Virus record (IMG/VR): IMGVR_UViG_3300037541_000522
Location: 1 to 64,000 of that record
Direction: 5' to 3' (one strand)
DNA from: a virus
Length of the DNA: 64,000 nt
The notes under the pieces: model-generated
Seen by the model: only the letters and a program-made list of their open reading frames with translations
Database searches by the model: none
Told to the model about the DNA's origin: nothing
Part shown: in pieces, positions 20,771-30,429 of the stretch
Layout of the letters: every line of letters starts with the position of its first letter
How positions within the stretch are numbered: the stretch's first letter is position 1
Made by a program: the position numbers and the translations under genes

Positions 20771-21205
20771 ATGTGGATTCTTCAATGGCTACCTTGGTGG
20801 CTATTTTATATGGTACTAGCCTTAGGATTATTTGGACTAGTGGTAACTTATTTACTTAAGTTTATTCCACTACCCATAATTCATGTGTACAAAACTCCAC
20901 TACAAATTGGGTCTATTATACTTGTAGTTATCGGAGTTTATATGCTGGGCTCTATAGCTAATGAACGTGCTTGGCAGGCTAGGATAAAAGAACTAGAAGT
21001 TAAACTAGCACAAGCTGAGGCTGAAGGGGCAAAAGAAAATATTAAGATAGTAGAAAAAGTAGTTGTGCAACAGAAAATAGTACGCGAACGCGGTCAAAAT
21101 ATAGTACAGTATGTTGACCGAGAAGTAGTTAAGTATGATACTCGGTGTGAAATTCCACAACCATTTGTAGACGCACATAATCGTGCGGCGGAAAAAATAC
21201 AATGA
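20771..21205 (+). CDS. i-spanin (Rz-like)
   Basis: N-terminal TM segments, periplasmic coiled coil, single Cys near C-terminus; followed by a lipoprotein gene. Confidence 0.7.
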   Translation: MWILQWLPWWLFYMVLALGLFGLVVTYLLKFIPLPIIHVYKTPLQIGSIILVVIGVYMLGSIANERAWQARIKELEVKLAQAEAEGAKENIKIVEKVVVQQKIVRERGQNIVQYVDREVVKYDTRCEIPQPFVDAHNRAAEKIQ

Positions 21206-21465
21206 AATCGATAGTAATAGTATTATCACTAGCGTTAGTAGGCTGTAGCACTCCTGTTCCACTAAAACCCAAATTTCCAGAAGCACCACAGGTATTACTA
21301 GAGCCTTGCAGATCTTTAAAACCACTAGAACAAAATGCTAAACTTAGTGATGTAGCTAAAACGGTTACAGAAAATTATCACCTTTACCATGATTGTAGCT
21401 TAAAATCTAGTATGTGGCAGGAGTGGTACAAAACTCAACGTAAATTATTTGAGGACATAAAATGA
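21202..21465 (+). CDS. o-spanin (Rz1-like lipoprotein)
   Basis: Lipobox LVGC, Pro-rich segment, additional Cys residues. Confidence 0.8.
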   Translation: MKSIVIVLSLALVGCSTPVPLKPKFPEAPQVLLEPCRSLKPLEQNAKLSDVAKTVTENYHLYHDCSLKSSMWQEWYKTQRKLFEDIK

Positions 21466-22085
21466 CCTTAACCTTAGAACAATTACAAAAATTAATACCA
21501 CGAAATAAATATACAAGCTATTGGTTACAAGTTATTAATCAGCTATTTCCAGATTACGAAATTAACACTCCACTACGTCAAGCAGCTTGGATTGCACAGT
21601 GTGCACATGAGTCGGCTGAGTTTACAGTCTTACAAGAAAATCTTAACTATCGTTGGCAAAGCTTACGCAAAGTATTTTCTAAATACTTTCCTACGGATGA
21701 ACTAGCACAACAGTATGCTGGTAAACCCAATAAGCAAGAGGCAATAGCTAACCGTGTATATGCTAATCGTATGGGTAATGGCGATGAGGCTTCAGGTGAT
21801 GGATGGCGATACCGTGGCCGAGGACTTATTCAGCTAACTGGTAAAGATAATTATACTTGGTTTGCTCACAGCATAGAAATCAAACCAGAAGAAGCAGCAG
21901 ATTACCTAGAAACCTTTGAAGGAGCTGCTCAAAGTGCGTGCTGGTTTTGGGAAACTAATAGCTTAAATCGTTGGGCAGACCAAGGGGATATTTTAACCTT
22001 GACAAAACGAATTAATGGTGGTACAATAGGCATAGAAGATCGTAAAAAACACTACGAGCACGCCTTACACATACTAGGAGGCTAA
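21462..22085 (+). CDS. Endolysin, glycoside hydrolase family 19
   Basis: AQCAHES, ENLNY, YRGRGLIQLTGKDNY, TKRINGG motifs. Confidence 0.92.
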   Translation: MTLTLEQLQKLIPRNKYTSYWLQVINQLFPDYEINTPLRQAAWIAQCAHESAEFTVLQENLNYRWQSLRKVFSKYFPTDELAQQYAGKPNKQEAIANRVYANRMGNGDEASGDGWRYRGRGLIQLTGKDNYTWFAHSIEIKPEEAADYLETFEGAAQSACWFWETNSLNRWADQGDILTLTKRINGGTIGIEDRKKHYEHALHILGG

Positions 22086-22087
22086 CG

Positions 22088-22378
22088 GTGATTAGTGATA
22101 AAAAACTATTTCTATTCTTGTTAATTTTACTTGCACTACCTGTTGCACTAGCTGCTTTTGGTAGCGATAGGTTTAGATATCCTTGTCAAGATCCTCAAAA
22201 CTGGGAAACTAAGCAGTGTCAGAAACCACTATGCGATGTTACTCGTACTTGTCCAGAGCATATATTTAAAGGGCAGCGAGATCCTAGACTAGGGCCGCCA
22301 GAGACCCGGCAAGAACCAATGACTCAAACTTGTCAACAGTGTCAACCAGATAAAGGAGGAGCTAAAGGTGCAAAATAA
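22088..22378 (+). CDS. Exported Cys-rich small protein
   Basis: Signal/TM segment then RYPCQDP.NW....C..P.C.....C. Confidence 0.6.
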   Translation: MISDKKLFLFLLILLALPVALAAFGSDRFRYPCQDPQNWETKQCQKPLCDVTRTCPEHIFKGQRDPRLGPPETRQEPMTQTCQQCQPDKGGAKGAK

Positions 22379-22811
22379 GGAGACTTTAATTTATACCGAA
22401 GAACAACTAATGGCTAGACTTAAATTCTTTATAGGAGTTTGTCTAGCACTTACACTAACAGGCATTGTATTTGTAGTTTTATACAGTATAATATTTGTTA
22501 CACAGCCACTTAATGCTATGAGTCCAATTGATCAAAAGTTCTTTGAACTTATTGTACCTATAGCAACATTTTTAACTGGTACACTTAGTGGTATTATGCT
22601 TGCAGGAGCTAAAAAAGAAGATCAAGAAGTAATGCTTCAAGCACAAAAACAACAACAAGATGGATTTAAAGCTACTATTGAGGCTATACGTACACCAGAA
22701 CCTAAACCGCAGCACGTCAGACAAGAGCCAGTACTGTTTGCTAGTGGTCAGCCAGAAGCGGGATACGGCGGAAAACCTAAGCCTCCACAAGCACCACACC
22801 CGGAGATTTAA
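22368..22811 (+). CDS. Two-TM membrane protein (holin candidate)
   Basis: Two hydrophobic helices; lysis-cassette context. Confidence 0.5.
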   Translation: MQNKETLIYTEEQLMARLKFFIGVCLALTLTGIVFVVLYSIIFVTQPLNAMSPIDQKFFELIVPIATFLTGTLSGIMLAGAKKEDQEVMLQAQKQQQDGFKATIEAIRTPEPKPQHVRQEPVLFASGQPEAGYGGKPKPPQAPHPEI

Positions 22812-23030
22812 ATGCTTAAATCACTACTACAAGATGGAGTAGATGGCAGCCTAAGCAGCAAACGTGTAATAACATTTTTAGCTTTTATGCTATGTAGCCT
22901 AGGTTTTGTAGCTAATTTATTTTTTGGGTATAAGGTAGACGGAACACTATACGATAGTATGATGTACATAGTATTAGTAGGTTTAGGTGTAATTGTTACT
23001 GAAAAGTTTAGCCCACACAAAAAGGACTAA
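22812..23030 (+). CDS. Small two-TM protein (holin candidate)
   Basis: SSKRV motif, two TM helices, basic C-terminus. Confidence 0.5.
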   Translation: MLKSLLQDGVDGSLSSKRVITFLAFMLCSLGFVANLFFGYKVDGTLYDSMMYIVLVGLGVIVTEKFSPHKKD

Positions 23031-23032
23031 TC

Positions 23033-23230
23033 ATGAAATATATTTTAGCGGTATTAATTTCGTTGTTTGCTACAGGCTATGTGGCAGCTGAACCCGAAAC
23101 AAAACGGGTCTGTGAGATCCAAAAGGATAGCAAAGGTAAAGAGCAAGAAGTTTGTAAAACTATAAAGATCCATAAGAAACTAGAAGGGGCTCAAAAGCCT
23201 AGTGAGGTAAAACCAGACACAAAAAAGTAA
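23033..23230 (+). CDS. Small exported protein with two Cys
   Basis: Signal peptide; Lys-rich. Confidence 0.55.
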   Translation: MKYILAVLISLFATGYVAAEPETKRVCEIQKDSKGKEQEVCKTIKIHKKLEGAQKPSEVKPDTKK

Positions 23231-23270
23231 TCTAAGTGTTTAACCTTAACTTCTTAACAGGGTCGAATCA

Positions 23271-23960
23271 ATGGCAACTAGATCAGGTAAAAAAGCTCGT
23301 AAACAACAAACCAATACTCAATCAAACCCAATTGAGTATGGATTTAGAGATGTAAAACCTCTTAATTTTATACAAGAACAATACTTAAATGCTATAAAAC
23401 AAAATGAGGTAGTTTTTGGAGTAGGCAGTGCAGGTACAGGTAAAACATTTGTAGCTGCTAGCTATGCTGCAGGAGAGCTTTTTCATAGACGCATAAATAA
23501 AATTATACTAACCCGTCCAAATGTAGAAACTGGCCGCGGCTTAGGATTTTTACCAGGTGAATTAGAGGAAAAGTATGCCCCATACTTAGAACCATTTGAC
23601 AACGTGTTTCAACGATCTTTAGGTAAAGGATTCTATGAATATGCACTTAAAAATAAAGATATAGAACCCCGGCCTATAGGATTTATGCGTGGAGCAACAT
23701 TTGATAATGCAATAGTTTTAGTCGATGAAGCGCAAAACTTAACTAAAACTGAACTAAAAATGCTCTTATCACGCATAGGTAAAAATTGTAAAGTAATTTT
23801 AAGCGGTGACCCAGATCAGCGAGACTTAAATAATTCAGGACTAGAGGACGCTATAAAACGGCTAGAAGGTATTGAAGGTATTGAAGTAATTAGATTTTTA
23901 GATCAAGATATAGTTCGTAGCAAAATGTGTAAACAAATAATTTTAGCATATAAGGATTAA
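23271..23960 (+). CDS. phoH: PhoH-family ATPase
   Basis: GSAGTGKT, RP.VE, GFLPG, FMRGATF, DEAQN, GDPDQ.D motifs. Confidence 0.95.
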   Translation: MATRSGKKARKQQTNTQSNPIEYGFRDVKPLNFIQEQYLNAIKQNEVVFGVGSAGTGKTFVAASYAAGELFHRRINKIILTRPNVETGRGLGFLPGELEEKYAPYLEPFDNVFQRSLGKGFYEYALKNKDIEPRPIGFMRGATFDNAIVLVDEAQNLTKTELKMLLSRIGKNCKVILSGDPDQRDLNNSGLEDAIKRLEGIEGIEVIRFLDQDIVRSKMCKQIILAYKD

Positions 23961-23961
23961 A

Positions 23962-24612
23962 ATGGCAAAAACTTACAAACCCACTAGTGGCATGGCATCG
24001 GCAGCTCGTCGTGCCCTAAAGTGGAAAGACGAAGGTAAGCCTGGTGGTACCCTAGTAGGTTTAGCCAGAGCTAATCAATTAAAGGATCGTGATCCACTAA
24101 GCGCTTCAACTGTCCTACGAATGTACAGCTTTTTTTCTCGTCATGAAGTAGACAAAAGGGCTACAGGTTTTCGTAGCGGCGAAGAAGGTTTTCCTAGTAA
24201 GGGTAGAGTAGCTTGGGATCTCTGGGGAGGCGATGGTGGTTATTCGTGGAGCAAGGCTAAACGCAATCAAATTATGCGTGAACGCGAAGGCAAAGCTCTT
24301 AAATTACTAAGCCTAACAGTAAAAGCATATGTAAAGCAGGAATATCTAGACATTGTAGCCGAAGCAATTGAAGACTATGCTAACGAAAGTATCTCAGAAG
24401 AAGTAGAAGCCTTTGGTCAGTTTATGTACCACGCAGAACTACTACGTAATGGTCATGTTGATGTATACTTACAAGACTTACCAGACGTAGACCAACCTTA
24501 TCGCGACATACTAGTAGAAATAGTTAGTACCTTATACGATAGTGATGAAGATAGTTCGGATGATATGGATGATGAGGATAGTGACCAAGACACTGACGAT
24601 TCACCCAGATAA
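23962..24612 (+). CDS. Hypothetical protein with conserved phage domain and acidic tail
   Basis: GGTLVGLARANQL...RMYSFFSRH...AWDLWGGD motif. Confidence 0.7.
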   Translation: MAKTYKPTSGMASAARRALKWKDEGKPGGTLVGLARANQLKDRDPLSASTVLRMYSFFSRHEVDKRATGFRSGEEGFPSKGRVAWDLWGGDGGYSWSKAKRNQIMREREGKALKLLSLTVKAYVKQEYLDIVAEAIEDYANESISEEVEAFGQFMYHAELLRNGHVDVYLQDLPDVDQPYRDILVEIVSTLYDSDEDSSDDMDDEDSDQDTDDSPR

Positions 24613-24613
24613 C

Positions 24614-24649
24614 AAAAAGCCCCGTTACTTTACAGTAACGGGGCTTTTT
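24614..24649. terminator. Bidirectional terminator between convergent gene blocks
   Basis: aaaaagccccgttact-ttac-agtaacggggcttttt. Confidence 0.92.
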
Positions 24650-24651
24650 GT

Positions 24652-24828
24652 TTAACTAGCAGGCGTTTCAGGTGGAGGCTGAAGTGCTTGTAGTTGTTCT
24701 TGTGCTTCTTTTTGGATCTTTTGACTTAGAGGATTGCAAACTTTAGCAGGCAATTCTTGTAAGCCTGCTAAGAGTGCATTAATTTCGTTTACGCTAAGTG
24801 TAAGTGTTAAGATAGGATCATTATTCAT
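24652..24828 (-). CDS. Small hypothetical protein (58 aa, MNNDPILTLTLSVNEINALL...)
   Basis: Manually translated ORF below the track cutoff, directly after nrdJ. Confidence 0.65.
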   Translation of the reverse strand: MNNDPILTLTLSVNEINALLAGLQELPAKVCNPLSQKIQKEAQEQLQALQPPPETPAS

Positions 24829-24837
24829 ATTTAAATA

Positions 24838-26799
24838 TTACTTTACTGGGCATGCGCCGGTTAAACATTCGTCATCTAAGATTGCGTCAAAACTATTGGC
24901 ACTATCTATATTGACGGCTTTTAGGTCTTGAACATATGTGCGAAACGTATATTCGTCGACAACTTCTTGTGGTAGGTATAGGTAGCCAAGATCTTTGGCT
25001 GTTTTTGTAGGATCACTTCTATAAATAAATGAAACTCCAACATAGCAGTCCCAATTATTCATTAACCAATCTACAATTTGTGGAACTTCATGCGGCTCGT
25101 AGCTAATAGTTACTGAGGTATTTTGCTGAGTCCACGAAGTTTGAATTAGTTTATATCGTTCAAGTTGGTCAATAGCAGTTTCTAGGTTAACTTCTTTGCC
25201 ATCTTGTTTGTGGAATGGAACATCCGACCACTCTACTGGAAAGGTTACTAGAACACCGGTATCGTCTGTGGGATGATTAAATACTCGGTAGTTTGCTTCA
25301 CGCAATTTATCTACAACTGGATCGTACTTGCTAAACTGTACATTGTTGAAAATGTACTTGCCTAGAGGCTTATGAACTCCCTCAGTGGTATCCATAATTT
25401 TCGATAACGTGCCACTAGGCTTAACACAAGTAATATTCTTGGGACGTGGTAAGCCTAGCTCATCAGCCATACCAATTGCTGCACTAGTAGCTGTACGTTT
25501 TAGGTATTCATAATCGTAACCAGTCATGTCTGGACGCTTAGCAATACCAGTTAGGCCTACACCACACAGTCGCAAGAAGTAATTGTTGAGATGCCATGCT
25601 TCTTGAAGGATACCGTCTTTGAGGTTAACACAGGTTTGACGGTAATTAGCTCGGGCGGCAAGCCGTATAGCTTCGTGAAGTCCTGCGGTATTTCCCTTAA
25701 ACTTTCCAATATCTGTTTCTGTAAGATTACAGAATGATTTGTTTCCGAGTAGAATCTCAACACAAGGATTTGCTCCCTTATACCAAGGTGCACGACGACG
25801 TGCTTCTTGTGCATTAATAAACCCTGGCTCACTTCCGCCAGCTTCTTGCATAATTGCAAAGATTTCGCTTAGTTGCTCGTAGGTAGGCTTTTCATTAAAC
25901 ACTAGACTATTGTTACTTTGCTGACGATGTGCATTGCCATGCAACCACCAGTCTTTTTTAGCTACTGCAAATTCTTGCCACTCCGGTTGGCCGTAGTCGA
26001 AAAGCGCAATCTCAGCACTTCGGCGACTAGACAGAATGGTACCAAGCCAATTAACAATATCCATGATATCCATTCTGGTGAGTAGTGAATCTGCCCGTCC
26101 ATTAAGGATACGGGCGATAGCAACATAAGCAGTACTGATAGCCGAGTCACCCGAACTAATCCATCCATAGCCTTTTAACCTTTCACCAGCAGGACGCAGT
26201 TGACTGAAGTCTAGAACAAGAGTATCAGCAGGATATTTTCCTGCCATTAGTTTACCAATGCTTTTAGCCCATGCTTCTGCACTATCGCCAACCTGAATAC
26301 GCCAAGTTTTTGTTTGCGGGTCCCAAGTTTCTACATTATGTTCACAGCCACCTTTTTCAGTACGCTGTGATCGTACCACTTCGATATTTTGAATAGGTTT
26401 TGAGAATCCATTTAGTGTGCCTATAATAGGCTTAAATCCTACGCCGCAACCTTGTAAAAGTAGCCATAGTACATCTACTACGTCATATACAGTTTCAACC
26501 TCTGTAAAGCTACAATTAAACTGTGATGCTTCACGATTTTTAGCTACTTGTGTGCCGCCTAGCCATAAGGTACGACCGCTCATAGAAACTTTACGCTCAA
26601 GCATAAGTTGTTCTAGGCGATTTAGTTCTGCGTACTCATTGGGAAGCAGCTGCCTACCGGCAGCACGTTCCCACAACCATGCCTGATGTGAGATTACTCG
26701 GCTAACAGTATCTTGCCAAGTTTCAAATTGTTTGCCATCATCACTGATGGGTCTGTTATAAGTTCTGCGTGTAATTACTTGTGCTCGTGTGCTTGTCAT
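24838..26799 (-). CDS. nrdJ: Class II (B12-dependent) ribonucleotide reductase
   Basis: RRTYNRP, SGRTLW.GG, FNC, NPCVEI, FCNL, TCVKPSGT motifs; C-terminal C..GACP; no small subunit nearby. Confidence 0.9.
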   Translation of the reverse strand: MTSTRAQVITRRTYNRPISDDGKQFETWQDTVSRVISHQAWLWERAAGRQLLPNEYAELNRLEQLMLERKVSMSGRTLWLGGTQVAKNREASQFNCSFTEVETVYDVVDVLWLLLQGCGVGFKPIIGTLNGFSKPIQNIEVVRSQRTEKGGCEHNVETWDPQTKTWRIQVGDSAEAWAKSIGKLMAGKYPADTLVLDFSQLRPAGERLKGYGWISSGDSAISTAYVAIARILNGRADSLLTRMDIMDIVNWLGTILSSRRSAEIALFDYGQPEWQEFAVAKKDWWLHGNAHRQQSNNSLVFNEKPTYEQLSEIFAIMQEAGGSEPGFINAQEARRRAPWYKGANPCVEILLGNKSFCNLTETDIGKFKGNTAGLHEAIRLAARANYRQTCVNLKDGILQEAWHLNNYFLRLCGVGLTGIAKRPDMTGYDYEYLKRTATSAAIGMADELGLPRPKNITCVKPSGTLSKIMDTTEGVHKPLGKYIFNNVQFSKYDPVVDKLREANYRVFNHPTDDTGVLVTFPVEWSDVPFHKQDGKEVNLETAIDQLERYKLIQTSWTQQNTSVTISYEPHEVPQIVDWLMNNWDCYVGVSFIYRSDPTKTAKDLGYLYLPQEVVDEYTFRTYVQDLKAVNIDSANSFDAILDDECLTGACPVK

Positions 26800-26808
26800 G
26801 TTACTCCT

Positions 26809-27294
26809 CTATGTTCCTGTGCTGCCAAAGCCACCTGTACCTCGTTGGGTATCATTCCAGCAGTCTGTAAATGTGGCTAATTGAATTGGTACTATTACTA
26901 GCTGGGCAATTCTGTCGCCTTGTGAAATTTTATATAGGTCGCCTGAAATATTTTTTAACAGAACTTTTAGTTCGCCACGGTAATCACTGTCTATAACGCC
27001 TACGCTATTAGGCAGTATGATTCCCCTTTTTCCTTGACTGGATCTGTTAAAGATTAACCCGACAAAGCCTACTGGAATTTTGACTGCTATACCTGTACCA
27101 ACAGCTTTGGTTTCTTCAGGATAAAGATCAATAGTTTCCGCACTACACAGATCGGCTCCTGCATCTGTGGGGTGCTGACGTTTAGGTAGCTCTGCATCTG
27201 CCGTTAGTCGTAAACATTGAATATTAAGTGTACTAGCATAAAATCCTGCTATATTAGTTGTTCCTGTTAGTGTTGCGCCATTTGTTATCATCAT
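26809..27294 (-). CDS. dut: dUTPase (trimeric)
   Basis: AGADL, RSS, GVIDSDYRGE, RIAQL, RGTGGFGSTG. Confidence 0.95.
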   Translation of the reverse strand: MMITNGATLTGTTNIAGFYASTLNIQCLRLTADAELPKRQHPTDAGADLCSAETIDLYPEETKAVGTGIAVKIPVGFVGLIFNRSSQGKRGIILPNSVGVIDSDYRGELKVLLKNISGDLYKISQGDRIAQLVIVPIQLATFTDCWNDTQRGTGGFGSTGT

Positions 27295-28133
27295 TTAATA
27301 TACTCTTGTAGGATGGTGTCTATTTGTCGGGTATTAGAACCTAGTGCATCTGCACAGTATGTAACTAAGTCCATAAGTTGATAGTTTAGCATGATAGTAT
27401 CTGCACTATCATTAAGTGTTTTAACGTATTTTAGTTTGCTGGAGATAGGTAGATTTGCAACTATGTCAAGAGCAGTGCCCCATTCTTCCACAAGTTGATG
27501 AGCACGTTTAGGGCCGATGCCTTCTACTCCGCGAACATTATCTCCAGTATCACCCATTAGGCATTTAATACTAATGTATTGATCTTGTGTAAAGTCGTAG
27601 TGAGTGTGCCAATTATTAGCTGTAACTTCTTTGCGTGTTACATAACTAAATCTACTAGTATCTTCACCCACTAGTAGATCCCAATCTTTATCGCTACTGA
27701 TTAGCCAAGTATGGGTAACTGGATAGTTTTTGACCTGTTGAGTTATGTAAGCGGCTATATCATCAGCCTCAGTTTGTGGAAACTGAACAACCGGGTATGT
27801 AGTCTGAGTACGAATCCAGTCTAGTGTGTGCTGGTAGTCTTCAAAAAATCGCTCAAAAGCTGCACGTTCTGCTTCAGTTTGCTCAGCAAATTTATCTTTT
27901 CGGTTTTGCTTATATTCAGGATAAATCTGTTTACGATAGCTGCTTGAACCTTGATCCGCAGCCACAATAACCCAGCGAGCTTTGTAACTCTTTTTAAGAC
28001 TATCTATTGTACGCAAGTAATCTTCATAAAAGTCTGTTGCGCCATTGTGTTTCCAGCGAAATGCTAAGTTTAGTGCATCCACTACCATTAAGGTATTTTC
28101 TAATTCACTTACTTGTTGAAATGATTTACTCAT
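27291..28133 (-). CDS. D15: Flap endonuclease / 5'-3' exonuclease (T5 D15-like)
   Basis: VDALNLAFR, YKQNR, EADD, SSDKDW, GDTGDNV.GVEGIGPK. Confidence 0.92.
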   Translation of the reverse strand: MSKSFQQVSELENTLMVVDALNLAFRWKHNGATDFYEDYLRTIDSLKKSYKARWVIVAADQGSSSYRKQIYPEYKQNRKDKFAEQTEAERAAFERFFEDYQHTLDWIRTQTTYPVVQFPQTEADDIAAYITQQVKNYPVTHTWLISSDKDWDLLVGEDTSRFSYVTRKEVTANNWHTHYDFTQDQYISIKCLMGDTGDNVRGVEGIGPKRAHQLVEEWGTALDIVANLPISSKLKYVKTLNDSADTIMLNYQLMDLVTYCADALGSNTRQIDTILQEYIK

Positions 28134-28135
28134 AT

Positions 28136-29152
28136 TTAGTGCTTAATCTGACTCCAAACACGGGTTCTAATTTGAGCTTGTAGTGTCTCTGGAAGGTGTA
28201 CATAATCAAGTTCTTCACTCATTTTAGCACCGTGTTTAAATGCCCAATCAAAAAACTTAATAGCTTCTTGGCTGGATTTTTTATCTTGTGGATCTTTGTA
28301 CATGATAATAAAACTAGCAGTACTAATTGGCCAAGTATTCTTACCCGGTTGATCAACAATACTTAGACCCATACCGGGTACACTAAACCAATCTGCACCA
28401 GCCGCAGCGGCAGCAAAAGTAGTATCATCAGGATTAACAAATATACCGTCCTTGTTTTGTAGTTTCATGTAGGTCATGTTATTTTTCTTAACATAGGCAT
28501 ACTCTACATATCCCACAGAACCACGTACCCTACGCACATTAGCAGCCACGCCTTCATTACCTTTGCCACCTACACTGCTACTAGCAGGCCATTTTACTGC
28601 TGCGCCACGTCCTACACGACTCATCCAGTCTGGGCTTACTGTGCTCAAGTAATCAGTAAAATTAAAAGTAGTTCCCGATCCATCAGCTCTGTGTACTACG
28701 GTAATAGCCATATCTGGTAATTTTTTGGCTGGATTAAGTTGCTGAAGTTTAGGGTCATTCCACTTTGTAATCGTACCCATGAAAACTTCAGCCAGTACGG
28801 GTCCGGTAATAACAAGCTCACCGGGTTGGAATCCGTCAAGATTAATAATAGGAACTGTTCCACCTATAATTGCAGGAAATTGAACTTGTCCCAGTTTATC
28901 TAGGTCTTCACCCTTAACCGGAGCATCTGTAGCTCCAAATGTTACTGTTTTATTATTAATTTGACGAATACCGCCAGAACTGCCAATACTTTGATAATTT
29001 AATCCAATTTTAGTCTCTTTTTGATAGGCTTCAGCCCATTTAGCGTATATTGGATAAGGAAAAGTAGCTCCTGCTGCTGTAATTGTTTGAGCTGCAACTG
29101 AAATAGAGGCTGTAGCAAGAATAATTCCAACTAATTTATTAATCATAGACAA
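28136..29152 (-). CDS. pstS: Phosphate ABC transporter substrate-binding protein
   Basis: GATFPYP.Y.KW, YQSIGSSGG, RADGSGTTF, GKGNEGV, GYVEY; signal peptide. Confidence 0.95.
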   Translation of the reverse strand: MSMINKLVGIILATASISVAAQTITAAGATFPYPIYAKWAEAYQKETKIGLNYQSIGSSGGIRQINNKTVTFGATDAPVKGEDLDKLGQVQFPAIIGGTVPIINLDGFQPGELVITGPVLAEVFMGTITKWNDPKLQQLNPAKKLPDMAITVVHRADGSGTTFNFTDYLSTVSPDWMSRVGRGAAVKWPASSSVGGKGNEGVAANVRRVRGSVGYVEYAYVKKNNMTYMKLQNKDGIFVNPDDTTFAAAAAGADWFSVPGMGLSIVDQPGKNTWPISTASFIIMYKDPQDKKSSQEAIKFFDWAFKHGAKMSEELDYVHLPETLQAQIRTRVWSQIKH

Positions 29153-29154
29153 TC

Positions 29155-29610
29155 CTAGGTTTTGATAAACTCAATATTTTCATTTGTTATCCAATCTTCT
29201 GCTAGTGCAACAAAAAACTTATACTCGTCTCTGTTTATATACACATAAGGATATAGGTCATTAGGTATATCTTGAAAGGCTACAAATATTTTACTACGAT
29301 CAAACTTAAAGAATAGTAGTGGTTGTTTACCGACTTGACCACTTTCTCGTAGTGTTTGCTGCCACCAGTCTAGAAGCGTAGGACTTTTACTAGTTAATAT
29401 ATGGCTAGTAAGATGATCGTCTGCATAGCCTTTTACTTCTACGCAGTATATATTCTTTTCGCCCGGAATATATAAGTCACCTTTTAGGCCATGTTTTTCA
29501 TTTAGGGCACCAGAACCTGGAACTCGTTCCCACTTTAACTGGGTATGTTCTCGTAAAAATTCTTTTACTTTGGTTTCTGTTCTAGCGCCCTTTTGTCGGC
29601 TATCTACCAC
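29155..29610 (-). CDS. D14: Holliday-junction resolvase-like endonuclease (T5 D14-like)
   Basis: DSRQKGAR.E, RVPGSGA, KGDL, EVK. Confidence 0.85.
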   Translation of the reverse strand: MVDSRQKGARTETKVKEFLREHTQLKWERVPGSGALNEKHGLKGDLYIPGEKNIYCVEVKGYADDHLTSHILTSKSPTLLDWWQQTLRESGQVGKQPLLFFKFDRSKIFVAFQDIPNDLYPYVYINRDEYKFFVALAEDWITNENIEFIKT

Positions 29611-29782
29611 GACGAATTTTTGGAACTACACCCACGGGCTTAGGATTTTTCCAGTTATCTATGGCTTGATTTATTTCTAGGGCTAGGGCATTCCAATCAG
29701 TTATCATGTCTAGTTTACCACCAGCGTGATAAACAAATGTGGTATGCTTGCCTTTTACAATCTTTGAGCGTTTGGGCTTCAC
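29600..29782 (-). CDS. Hypothetical protein
   Basis: ORF tightly coupled to neighbours. Confidence 0.55.
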   Translation of the reverse strand: MKPKRSKIVKGKHTTFVYHAGGKLDMITDWNALALEINQAIDNWKNPKPVGVVPKIRRGR

Positions 29783-30429
29783 TATGTAGCTCCATGTAAA
29801 ATAATTTTACATATATGCTCTAACCTTTCAATATGTTCAAAAGCACGCCAAGGACTGGTATCTACAGCTACAACGCCGTGCCTGTCCATTCCTACTATAT
29901 TATACCCTAATGAGCCGTCTAGTTCAAGTTCAAGATTTCGAACACACGCATCAGCTAATTCTTGAGTTAGTGGTAAAAATGCTGGAACAGTTTTTCCAAC
30001 TTTAGTATACCTACTTAATTCAGGGAACTCATTAGATAAAGTTGTTAAGTCAATTCCCTTATACATAGCTGCAGTTGTATATGTAGGATGTAAGTGCAGA
30101 ACAACTCTGGTATCTGTGTTAATTTCCTTTTGTAGAGCAAAGTGCATAGGAATTTCGCCGCTAGGTTTTAAGTTTTTACTTATAGGAGTATGTTCCGCCT
30201 CTTTCCAGTCTTTCCAATACATATCTGGCCCTACTATTCCGCTATGTATTCCACTAACAATATTTAGCTTTTTAAACTGATCTGGTTGAAGTGTTTGCTT
30301 ACGAACACCACTAGGAGTTACATAAAAGTATTTTTGCTCACGATACCTAATACTAGCATTACCATCACGAGTAGTTACCCAGCCGCGTCTGTACCCTTCT
30401 TGAAATATGTCACATATAGTTTCTAACAT
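29782..30429 (-). CDS. Class II aldolase/adducin family protein
   Basis: DGNAS.R, TPSG..K, PSGE..MH, HLHP, HG metal ligands. Confidence 0.85.
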   Translation of the reverse strand: MLETICDIFQEGYRRGWVTTRDGNASIRYREQKYFYVTPSGVRKQTLQPDQFKKLNIVSGIHSGIVGPDMYWKDWKEAEHTPISKNLKPSGEIPMHFALQKEINTDTRVVLHLHPTYTTAAMYKGIDLTTLSNEFPELSRYTKVGKTVPAFLPLTQELADACVRNLELELDGSLGYNIVGMDRHGVVAVDTSPWRAFEHIERLEHICKIILHGAT

